DNA from: Bryobacterales bacterium
Lineage (GTDB): Bacteria > Acidobacteriota > Terriglobia > Bryobacterales > UBA6623
DNA length: 64,000 nucleotides
NCBI GenBank assembly: GCA_963422375.2
Contig: OY729427.2
Location: 160,001 to 224,000 of the forward strand
Direction: 5' to 3'
The notes under the pieces are model-generated. The model was not told the origin of the DNA, made no database searches, and was given only the letters and a program-made list of their open reading frames with translations. The translations under genes and the position numbers were made by a program. Shown one piece after another: positions 40,833 to 50,844 of this stretch. The first letter of the stretch is position 1. Each line of letters begins with the position of its first letter.

Positions 40833-42779
40833 CCCGCATTATTCACGAATGCGGCGCAGGCCCATGGATCCAGTTTCCGGGCCCTCGATGGCCGCCAAAT
40901 CTGCTTCCGAAACGCCTGCGGGCGGGGCTTGCGGGGCTTGCGCGGCGTCTCGCGAGCGGCGCGCGGGCCGCGGACACCTCCTCGGCGGCACCCGCCCGGG
41001 GGGGCAGGCACGGTTTCCCCCGGCGGCGCCCGGCGCCTGCCGACACTCTCCGGATGGACCCGGCCCGGCGTCATATCGGCACGGCCCCCAAGCCCCGCGC
41101 CACCACCGCCCAGGCGTCCCGCAACGGTGCCGTCCGCGGCACTCGCAGCACGATCCGCTGCGCCGTGGCCGCGACCCGCGCCCCCGGCTTCGGCAGGCCG
41201 AGGCGCAACCCGTCCACCCGGCGCTTCCGCAGCGGCGTGTCCCGTGCCTGCCAGCGCAGTTCCTGCATGATCGCGTAGGCCGCCGCCGCGAGCGGCACGC
41301 GGAACCGGTTCGCCGCGAAGCTCGAGCGGCTGGCGCGGTCCATCCGCATCCCGTGCTTGAGCTCCTTGACGCGGTTCTCCACGTCCCCCCGCAGGCAGTG
41401 GATCCGCTCGCAGAGGCGCTGCGGGCTGCCGCCCGCGTTGGTCACCGCGTAGCGCGGGTGCCACTGCGGGGCGCGCCCGGGAAACTCGCTCGCGTCCGCC
41501 TTGACGATCGCCCGCCGCGACCGCGACCGGCGGCCCGCCCGGTAGGCGAACTGCCCGTGCAGCGGGCCCGGGCCGCTGCCCGCGTCCTCCGCGCCCGGCC
41601 GGCCCCCCTGCGTGCCGGCTCCCAGCCGCGCGTACTTCGCCCGCAACTGCTCCAGCCGGGACGGCGGGTCCCCCGCGGCCGCCGCTGCCCCGCCGCGGTC
41701 CGTGCCCGGGGTGCCGCCGGGCGCGCGCCGGGCCTCGACGGCCGCCCGCAACGGGGCCGCGCGCCGCTCCGGCACCGCGTTCTTCTGCATGCACGCCACG
41801 CACTCCAGGCCCTCGCGCTCGCCATAGGCCGGCAGCTCGTCCCCTTGGAAGCCCGCGTCCAGGCGCAGGCGCAGCGTCGCCCGTGGGAAGAATTCCCGCA
41901 GCAGCGGCAGCAAGCGCTCCAGCAGCGGCAGCAAGCCCTCCGCGGCCGTGCCCGAGCGCAGCAGCGCCGCCATGAGATGCCACTCGCGCTCGTCGTCGAA
42001 GCGCACCACGCCCGCCAGCGGCAAGTAGCAAGGCAAGTAGCAATGCGCGTCGTAGAAGCCGTTGAACAGCGCCAGCTGCCGGCCCCCGTGCGTCGGCTCG
42101 CAGGTCGGGTCGAAGTCCAGCTCGACGATGCTCGTCTCGGGGCGCCGCTCGTGCCGGCGCCGCGCGACGCAGCGGGCCGGTACCGCGGACAGCGCGCTCG
42201 GCGCGTCCGCGGTGACGGCGTTCTCGAAGCGCGACAGGGTGGGCCGGGACGGCAGGTCGCGACCCTGCCAGGGGTCGCGCCCGAGCGGCAGCTTGAACAC
42301 GGGGTCGCCGCCGAGGCGCCCGGCGTCGTTGCAGTCCTCCTAGCCGCAGGCGCGGCCGTAGATGCGCTGGCGGAGCATGTCCGCGAGGGAGTGGAGCACC
42401 TCGGAGGGCTGGCGCCGGTCGCGCAGGCAGCCGGCGAACGCCGCGGTGAGGCCGGGAGCGCGGTCGGCGGCCTCGACCGGGACAGCCCCGCCGTCGGAGC
42501 TGCTGCGCTGGTGATCGAAGCGGACGGCGACGGGGCGACGGCGCGGATTGCGGAACAGAACGCCTTGGGGGCCTGCGGATGCGACCATGTATTCATTATA
42601 AAATACCGGATGAAAACCACTTCAATATATAAACTTGGATCTCAATCGGAGCGGGCCGGGGCTGCCGCCGGGGATCGCAGGGCACTCCTAGGAGTGAGGA
42701 TCGCGCTGGACCGAGGGCCCTCACGGCCCGGGCGGAGGGCCGGACTATGGCCCTCCGGGCTACTCATGAATTATCCGGG
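40833..42779 (-). mobile_element. IS1380-family element with degenerate transposase (~41071-42588)
   Basis: IRs cccgcattattcacga / cccggataattcatga (13/16); CTAG duplicated (40829-40832 / 42780-42783); SSDGG, QRIYG..CG*EDCND (TAG 42340-42342), LDFDPT, RG.VENRVKELK. Confidence 0.9.
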
Positions 42780-43529
42780 CTAGGCGACCATTCAGCCAGA
42801 AAGATCGGCCGTTCCGGCTGCTGCTGGCGGCCGCCCCGGCTCTGTCGGCCCGTATCCCATCCTGACGCGGGAGCCGTTCTGCGAGAGGGAGGCCCCGGCG
42901 GCGCCTAGGACCGGTGCCCGGGGAACCGCCCGCGGTCTTACTGCGCAGCGGCACATCTGCCCTCGCTGTCGCCGGTCGCATCCCGCCGGACCGAATCGCG
43001 ATGCAACGGTCGAAAGCCTCGGCCTTCCCGAAGAGGGGGCGGGACTCCGGGGACGGCGCATCCATGGAAGGCACGAGCGACTGGAGAGCTTCCGAAATCT
43101 CGCCGTTTTCACCTGTCTCGTGTCACAGGTCCAAGTAGCGGGACGTTCGCAAGTCACCCGCAGAAGGCACTCGGGTCGCAAGGCCCTCTCTTGGCACGCC
43201 CGGGTGGAACTGCCGAGCCGGGGCGCACGGAGCCCGATGCACTGAAATCCTGCCGCATGACGCGAGCCTCGGCTGCGGCCGCGTCAAGGCTCCCATAGCC
43301 CCTTCTGCGGAGCCGTCGATCCCGCGACCTCTGTAGTGAGACGACCGCGGGAAATCTTAGCCTCGGGCCGTATCGTTCAGGATGGGAGTCGCATCGGGGA
43401 ATCATGGATTCCTGGAAGGGCGAGTCACTAGGGTATGATGCTATAGTACCTAGCCGGTCTCGGGACGGTGGACTCGCGCCCGCCCAACAAGCCTGAGCCT
43501 AAACCGCCGGAACGATGGGATCGAGGCGC

Positions 43530-46286
43530 ATGGGTCAGAGGCGGGATTGGCCTGGTTCGAAATGGTGGCGCATCGATCTCCATGCGCATTCGTTTGCGTC
43601 ACCCGACTTTCGCCCCCGTGGTAGACAGGGCGATTCTCCAAACTGGACCGCTTGGATCGAAGCAGCTCGCGACACAGGGCTGGACGCGGTAGCGGTAACG
43701 GACCACAACACGGCAAATGGCATCGAGCCGCTCCAGCTCGCCAGGTCGAACGTCGACGGAGCTCCCGTTCTTTTCCCGGGCGTCGAACTCACAGCCAACG
43801 ACGGAACACATCTCCTAATCATCTGGGACCACGCGCGAGGGCGAAGCGACGTCGAAGCATTCCTGGGGCGGATGCAGGTTAGAGGAGCCAAGCGGGACCA
43901 CCCCGAGGCACGGTCTTCGCTCAGCATTGAAGATATTCTCAGTAAATGCGACGACCAAGTTCTGGTTGTAGGTGCCCACGTCAATTCATCCAAGGGATTC
44001 CTCAAACACTCTGGACAACAGCGTATCACCGAACTGAACCATCCGAAGCTCGCCGCTGTGGAGATCGGACTAATCGGAGAATATGACGATGGTTTTCTAG
44101 ACGGAAGCCATCCTGAATTCACTCGCGACATTCCGGAAGTGTGGGGGTCCGACAGCCACTCTATAGACAGAATTGGCCACCGATTCACTTGGGTAAATCT
44201 GACTTCCCCGAATCTAGAAGGCATTCGCCTAGCGGCCCTTGATGGTTCTAATTCGCTGGTTCCTGCAGACGAGCATGACTCTCACGATCCCAACAGCAAT
44301 TTCGCGTCTTTCATGATAGAGAGAATTACTGTATATAATGGAAAGTTTCTTGCCCCTAAAGATCCTGTAACAGTCCGGTTCAATCCTTGGATGAACGCAA
44401 TCATTGGCGCGCGCGGCACTGGCAAGTCAACCCTAGTTGACCTCATGCGGAAAACCCTCAGGCGAGAGTCCGAACTCGGCGAGCGGTTTGACACAGGTTC
44501 GTTGAGAGACCAGTTTGAACGAAGGATGACAGTTTCGCGCAGCCGACGAGATGAAGGACTCCTAACAGATGAATCCAAGGTGGAGATTGTATATCGCAAG
44601 GATGAGAGCCAGTTTCTCTTATCGTGGGGACAATCCGGTGACCCGGCTCCGATCCAGCGATTGTATGGAGACAAGACAGCACAGGAGGAGGGTGATGTCC
44701 GTGAACGCTTTCCCGCAAGAATATACAGCCAAAAACAACTCTTTGAACTTGCTCAAAGCCCCAGTGCTCTACTCGCCATCATTGATGATAGCGAAGAGGT
44801 TTCCGGCACGGAGATTAGGCGTTCAATCCAGCAAAAAGAGACAGAGTTCCTATCAATTCGGTCTCAAGCTCGAGCCGCGAAGGAGCTAGCCGGCGAATTA
44901 CCGGACCGAAAAGCACACCTATCCGACATTCGCAACAAGCTGAAGGTCCTTCAAGATGGCAATCACGCGCAATCCTTGCGACAATATCGGAAGCGTCGGC
45001 AGATGGAGGCTCTTTGGAAGGCAGTTCTTGAACACGCCGAAGAACTAGTTGAGGGTGTGGGGTCCAGCGTTGATGATCTTCTAGTCTCCGATTTCGTTCT
45101 TGACTCGGAACAGAGTAATGACAGCGCCTCAGCGAACTTGCGAATCATGCATCAAGGCCTTGTGAAGGGAATTTCCAAGCTTCGCAAGACCGGAAAGGAC
45201 GCGGTCGATCAAGTAAGGGCTGATATTGCCAATATTCGGAGCAGCACCGAAGCGAGACAATGGATAAATGCGATGCAAGAAAGCGCGTCAAAGTTTCAAG
45301 AAGTAGCGGCGCGGCCAGCCGACGAAGGCATCGGTGAACGAAGCGAATACACCAATCTCCTCAGTCAGGCGACAAAGCTGGAACGGGAGATCAAGACACT
45401 TAGGGATCAAGAGGCAACAGTCATCCAACTAGAGAGTGACTCGGTTGGGGTGCTTGCGGAATGCCGTGATCTCAGGCATCAGCTTTCCGAGCGCCGCAAG
45501 CAGTTCGTTAAGAGGGTGACGAATGAGTTGATTCGGCTAGAAATCAACGCGTACAGCGATCACGAGGACTTGGAAGATTGCGTGATAAAGGCGGTGGCCA
45601 CTGATCGCTTTGAAGGGGATCGAAATAACATTGCTGATCGAATCAGACACCCAGGGGGAGATGTGTGGGATTGGGACAGGCTGGACAGCACCGTTGAATG
45701 CCTACGACAGTATGCTGAAGGGCGGGCTCAGAATTGGGAAATCAGAGACCGTCGTTTCGCAAGGGTGTTGAATGGGTTGACACCAGAAGGCCTAGACCGG
45801 CTTGTTCTGTATAGTCCGGAAGACACAGTTGTTGTGAGGTACCGTGACAAGAGCGGTGCCAAGTGGAAGCCGCTCGCGCAGGGGTCACCTGGACAGCAAA
45901 CCGCAGCATTACTCGCCTTTGTTCTGAGTTACGGAAGCGAGCCCATCATTCTTGACCAACCCGAAGATGACTTGGCCAACACACTAGTCTATCAATTGCT
46001 GGTGGAGCAGCTTAGGACTACGAAAAACAACCGCCAAGTGATCGTGGTCACGCACAACCCCAACATTGTCGTCCACGGAGACGCGGAGTTTATTCTCTCA
46101 CTTGCATCTGTAAATAGACTCTCTCAAGTGCGTTGCCAAGGTGGTCTCTAAGAACAACGCGTGCGCGATGAAATCTGTCGAGTCATGGAAGGGGGACGAG
46201 AAGCATTCACGAGACGATATCGGCGAATCATCACACGGGAGGCTACTCCGTTACAGCAGAGGTATTGGAAGCTCGCATCCGCCTAG
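43530..46286 (+). pseudogene. PHP-phosphoesterase + ABC/SMC-like ATPase fusion (Ppl / TrlF-like anti-phage protein) with premature TAA at 46149-46151
   Basis: DLHAHS, VTDHN, PGVEL, AHV, GSDSH; Walker A GARGTGKST; S-PGQ signature; ILDQPEDDL; VVTHN; after the TAA the frame continues EQRVRDEICRVMEGGREAF..RY to TAG 46284-46286. Confidence 0.8.
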
Positions 46287-47473
46287 GGGAGGATTCTACG
46301 CTGGAGCTCAAGCGGGTTCTGCTAAGAGGCACTAAAGTTACAGGTCCCACGAGAAGTGACTTAGCAGATGAACTCGCTGCCATGGCCAATGCCCGTGGAG
46401 GTATCCTCGTACTAGGAGTCGACGACAAGAGTCGCCAGATTCTTGGCATGCCTGTTGAGATCCTTCAGGTTGTTGAGGAGTGGGTCAGTGAGCTCTGCAA
46501 TGACTCTATCAAGCCGCCACTTGAGGTCATCACGCGAAAAATGGAATTGTCGCGTGACGACGGAAGCCTAGGCGCAGTAGTGTGTGTCAAAGTTCCACGC
46601 AGTCTATTCGTGCATCGCAGCCCGGGCGGATATTGCAAACGAATAGGAAGTGCAAAACGAAAGATCGCGTCGGAGACTCTAGTTAGGCTAATCCAAGATC
46701 GCAGCCATAGCCAGTTGACCGGATTTGACGAGTTCCCAGTTCCCGGCGCTTTCCCTAGGGACATCGATAGTGAATTGGCCCGACGATTCTTGAAGCGGAA
46801 CACGGATCTATCAGAGACTGCATTGCGAAAGCTTGGGGTTGTCGCCGGCGACGAGGGAGGTGCAGCGAGGCTGACGGTCGGGGGCGTGCTCCTATGCACG
46901 ACGGAGCCGACACAGTATCTTCCTCATGCTCGCATTCAAGCCGTTTGCTACGTCGGAGAACGGACGGACCTGAACTATCAAGCTGACGCACGGGATTTCA
47001 CGGGCCCTATTGACGAACAAGTGATGCAAGCGTTACATTTCGCTCGCAAGAATATGCGAGTGGGAGCCGTCAAGCAGTTATCAAGGAGCGAGCGGCCTCA
47101 GTATAGCGAGCGAGCGATCTTTGAGTCTCTTGTTAACGCTGTTGTACACAGAGACTATTCAATCGCTGGTTCGCAGATCCGATTTCATATGTTTAGGAAT
47201 AGACTCGAGCTATATGTCCCCGATTCCTTGGCAAATACACTGACACTGGACAGCATGATCTATCGCCAATATTCTCGCAATCAGTTTGTAGTTTCGCTTC
47301 TGAGTCGCTGTGAAGTTCACGAAGATGAAGCCTTGAGACGATCTAGAATGATGGATCGTCGTGGGGACGGTCTGCCAATTATCCTGAATGATAGCTTGGA
47401 TCTGTCCGGACGAAAACCGCAATACACGCTCATCGACGATAGCGAGCTTCGCCTCATTATCTGGTCGGCTTAG
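46265..47473 (+). CDS. AlbA_2 (Schlafen-like) domain + RecG-C/HATPase_c_4 protein
   Basis: GEDSTLELK, LAAMANARGGILVLGVDD, ESLVNAVVHRDY, SRN, MDRRGDG. Confidence 0.85.
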   Translation: MEARIRLGEDSTLELKRVLLRGTKVTGPTRSDLADELAAMANARGGILVLGVDDKSRQILGMPVEILQVVEEWVSELCNDSIKPPLEVITRKMELSRDDGSLGAVVCVKVPRSLFVHRSPGGYCKRIGSAKRKIASETLVRLIQDRSHSQLTGFDEFPVPGAFPRDIDSELARRFLKRNTDLSETALRKLGVVAGDEGGAARLTVGGVLLCTTEPTQYLPHARIQAVCYVGERTDLNYQADARDFTGPIDEQVMQALHFARKNMRVGAVKQLSRSERPQYSERAIFESLVNAVVHRDYSIAGSQIRFHMFRNRLELYVPDSLANTLTLDSMIYRQYSRNQFVVSLLSRCEVHEDEALRRSRMMDRRGDGLPIILNDSLDLSGRKPQYTLIDDSELRLIIWSA

Positions 47474-48164
47474 GGAGAGCTTCTACGCTACTCGAGTCGG
47501 GAGTCGCATGTGCAAGGCTAGCGGGAACGTCTAGGACAGATGTGGTGTCTTTGTCGCGTTGAGTTGGCTCAGAACATGCCGGCCGCTGCGTCTGTTACGG
47601 TAGATTCCTTCAGGAGCTGACGTTGTGAGCTTGGAGAGAGACCCGCCTTGACCGACTTGGGCCGAACCTAGGGACTAGCGCTGGATGTGGAGGTGAAGGC
47701 GATCACGCCTAGCCGTCGATGCGCTGGGCTGAGGAGCGTGGCATCGATCAACGTCAACAGGCATGCCCAGAGCATCGGCTGTACGAACGCTGAGGTGCAT
47801 CGACCGCTCGACCGGCGTCGCAGACCGAGGATTCAGAGAGCAGCATCCCTTAGCGTCGGTTACGCCAAGTGGCGTTGTCGTCACCGCTCGGGATTGCTGG
47901 TATTCCGTCGGCGACGCCAACGCGAGACTCCTTCAGGCGGCTGGGCAAACCGGTTCGCACGGGGCCGCCAAGACGTCGAGCTCTCAAGATTCCCCATCCC
48001 GGCCGGTGCCGAGCCCACATTGAATCACACCATCGGCGGGTCCGAGTCCGCTGGATGCTAGGGGTCGGTCCGCGGTCCAACGCCAAGCCGATCCGCCGTC
48101 GAGCGTCTCGAAGACTCAACGGCTGCGGGTCCCCTTGGATATGCTAGACACGAAGGGGCCTTCC

Positions 48165-49418
48165 ATGCACCAGTGGATCATCACGCGCCTTGCCGGATGG
48201 GGCTTGGCTCTGGACACAGCCCGGACAGCTACCGACTTGGTGGAAGTCGTTCTCGTCGCAGGCATCGCTTGCCTAGCCTACTACCTGACCAACCGAGTAT
48301 TTCTGCGCATAATCCAGTCGGTCGCATTGAAGACGCGCGTCGATTGGGACGACAGGCTCGTCCAAGGCGGCCTGTTCCGCCGGCTGGCGCACGTGGTGCC
48401 GGCCATCGTCATCCATGTACTCGCCCCGACCGCATTCTCGACCGAGTGGCTTGTCACATGGGCCCGGCGCGGCGCCGACATCTACGCGATCCTGGCAGCG
48501 CTCGCAACAGCCACTCAATTTCTCACGGTGTGCCACGAATTCTACCAGGAACTCGAGGTCGCCCGGCGCTTCCCGATCCGCGTATACGTGCAGGTGGTCA
48601 AGATCCTGCTCGCCGCCACTGCCATCGTGCTGTGCATCTCGGTGGCGCTCGGCCAGCCCCCCCTGCTCCTGCTCAGCGGCCTCGGGGCGATGACCGCGGT
48701 GCTGCTGCTGATTTCCAAAGACAGCATCCAAGGCCTCCTTGCCGGCATCCAGCTCGTCTCCAACGATCTAGTCCGGCCGGGGGACTGGATCGAGATGGCG
48801 CAGTACGGCGCGGACGGGGATGTCGAGGACATCACTCTGCTCACCGTCAAGGTCCGCAACTTTGACAATACTATTACTTCGATTCCCTCCTACGCGTTGG
48901 TCTCGCAGAGTTTCAAGAACTGGCGCGGCATGAAGGAATCGGAAGGGCGACGCATCAAGCGATCAATCCTAGTCGATATTTCAAGCGTGCAGTTCTGCAC
49001 TCGCGAGATGATAGAGGGCCTCATGCGAATCGATCTGATACGGGACTACCTCCGAGACAAGAGCTCCGAGATGGAAGAGCACAATCTCGGCCGCAGCGCG
49101 GACGTGTCGGAGATCCTAAACGGACGCCGACTGACCAATCTAGGCGTCTTCCGACAATACGCAATCTCCTACCTGCGGGCCCACCAGCAGGTAAATCAAG
49201 ACCTCACGCTGATGGTGCGGCAACTCCAGCCGACGGAGCACGGCGTGCCGCTCCAGCTATACACATTCAGTTTGGAAAAGCGCTGGGTGCCCTACGAGGG
49301 CATACAGTCGGACATCTTTGACCATCTCTTCGCTTCGCTGCACCGGTTCGGCCTGCGGGCGTACCAGATGCCGAGCGGGTACGACGCGGCTCGCGCGCTC
49401 GCAGCGCTTGGAACCTGA
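48165..49418 (+). CDS. MscS-family mechanosensitive channel (YbdG-like)
   Basis: LSGLGAMTAVLLLI.KD, GDWIEM..YGADGDV, VKVRNFDNTITSIP, FKNWRGM..S.GRRIKRS. Confidence 0.92.
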   Translation: MHQWIITRLAGWGLALDTARTATDLVEVVLVAGIACLAYYLTNRVFLRIIQSVALKTRVDWDDRLVQGGLFRRLAHVVPAIVIHVLAPTAFSTEWLVTWARRGADIYAILAALATATQFLTVCHEFYQELEVARRFPIRVYVQVVKILLAATAIVLCISVALGQPPLLLLSGLGAMTAVLLLISKDSIQGLLAGIQLVSNDLVRPGDWIEMAQYGADGDVEDITLLTVKVRNFDNTITSIPSYALVSQSFKNWRGMKESEGRRIKRSILVDISSVQFCTREMIEGLMRIDLIRDYLRDKSSEMEEHNLGRSADVSEILNGRRLTNLGVFRQYAISYLRAHQQVNQDLTLMVRQLQPTEHGVPLQLYTFSLEKRWVPYEGIQSDIFDHLFASLHRFGLRAYQMPSGYDAARALAALGT

Positions 49419-49559
49419 CCGGCGACGGGATCCCCCGACCCACGTCGATGCCCGCTCGCGATACGAAACGCGACGGGCAGGGGGAGCCGTCCTCAAGCCC
49501 GCCGAGGGCGGGCCGGCAGCGGGCCGGCGTCGATGATCGCGGTCGCCGCCCCTGGCGGC

Positions 49560-50744
49560 CTATCGGAAATCGGACGGCTTGGCCTTTCGCTCGATCCAGT
49601 ATTCCGGCGGGTGGTTGTTGAATCTTGTCGGATCGAACTCGCCAACCAATTCGGATGTAGATCCTCGCTCAGGAATGGAGCCCTCTTCGCCCAGCGCCCA
49701 GAACACAGCGTTGACAAGCAATTGGCGCACTCCTTCCTCGAGCAGGTCAGTCGATGAGCCCAGTGTTGTCGAGAAGACCCGTCCCGCCGTCCCTCCAGGC
49801 AGTTGGTAGGTCTTAGTCCAGGCGATGGGCATCATCGGGTCGTTCTTGTCGTCCACGGCTTGGTCGTCAGTAGGCCGCATGCCATAGTGCGCATCCTCCT
49901 CGTCGTACTCGCCGGCCCTGGCCATCACCTTGCCAAGCACGAGCGGCTTCGAATCTCCCGGCAGGGGCAGGCGCACCGTGTACACGTCCGCGGCGCTCCA
50001 TATCGCGTCGGCGTTCACGCCCCGCATCACAGGGTGACTCTCGGCGCCGGAGGCGACGACCCCCCGCGCGGACTCGTGCTTGTGACGCCCATGATGGGCG
50101 ATCCAGCGCTCGCCAACAACCAAGCGGCCGAATCCGTCCCGCCATGCCTCCTCAGGCCCGATGTAGCCGTCGCCGTAATGGTCGTAGCTGCCCCAAGCAT
50201 CCTCCGCGATCTGCGGGGCCGCCACGCTCGACGGATCCTCGGCGTTGCGAAGCTTGCGGAGATACGCGAATACCTGTCCGTGGAGATCGTCCTGCATGCG
50301 GAAGGCGTGGGTCGCGGTACGCAACGCGATCACCGGCTTGCCGGCCGAGAGATAGCGGTCGATTGGCGCCATCTGCTCGTCCGGGAGCACTCTCCAGCGG
50401 GTCAGGATAAACATCAGGTCGGCGTCGTCCAAGCTCTCCGTACCGGGGATGTTGGTATTGACGTGCGGATTCACGATCCCGGTCTCCGGATCGACGGCGA
50501 ATAGCACCGTGCAACGGAAGCCGTGGTGAGTCGACAGCATCCGCGCCAGCATCGGCAGGCCTTCTTCCGACCGATACTCCTCGTCGCCGGAGATCAGCAC
50601 GATGTGCCGACCCGCGCCTGCCCCTTCCCCGCCCTCGTAACGAAGCAGGTATTCGGGCTCCTCGACGGGAGGCGGAGGTGACCCTCCGCAAGCAGCCGAA
50701 AGCAACAGGCAGAGAATCGCTGGAACGGAGATTCGCGCAAGCAT
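49560..50744 (-). CDS. ThuA-like domain lipoprotein
   Basis: SAAC lipobox; HIVLISGDEEYRSEE, GKPVIALRTATHAF, GRVFSTTLG, NAVFWALG. Confidence 0.8.
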   Translation of the reverse strand: MLARISVPAILCLLLSAACGGSPPPPVEEPEYLLRYEGGEGAGAGRHIVLISGDEEYRSEEGLPMLARMLSTHHGFRCTVLFAVDPETGIVNPHVNTNIPGTESLDDADLMFILTRWRVLPDEQMAPIDRYLSAGKPVIALRTATHAFRMQDDLHGQVFAYLRKLRNAEDPSSVAAPQIAEDAWGSYDHYGDGYIGPEEAWRDGFGRLVVGERWIAHHGRHKHESARGVVASGAESHPVMRGVNADAIWSAADVYTVRLPLPGDSKPLVLGKVMARAGEYDEEDAHYGMRPTDDQAVDDKNDPMMPIAWTKTYQLPGGTAGRVFSTTLGSSTDLLEEGVRQLLVNAVFWALGEEGSIPERGSTSELVGEFDPTRFNNHPPEYWIERKAKPSDFR

Positions 50745-50844
50745 GCTACCTGCCAGTCTAGCCCACGGATTGGCCGCGAACCCGCCTCCGCTCGGGCAGG
50801 GGCCGATTCTATGTCGAGCGGATGCCTGCGGAGGTTGTGGGACC

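Noticed and set aside
40849..42783. Long antisense ORFs (e.g. 40849-42783+, 56691-59342+, 8652-10142-, 17196-18935+)
   Set aside because: Shadow frames of real genes in high-GC DNA with no family motifs.
47480..48130. Possible gene between the AlbA_2 gene and mscS
   Set aside because: Only short ORFs without recognisable features.
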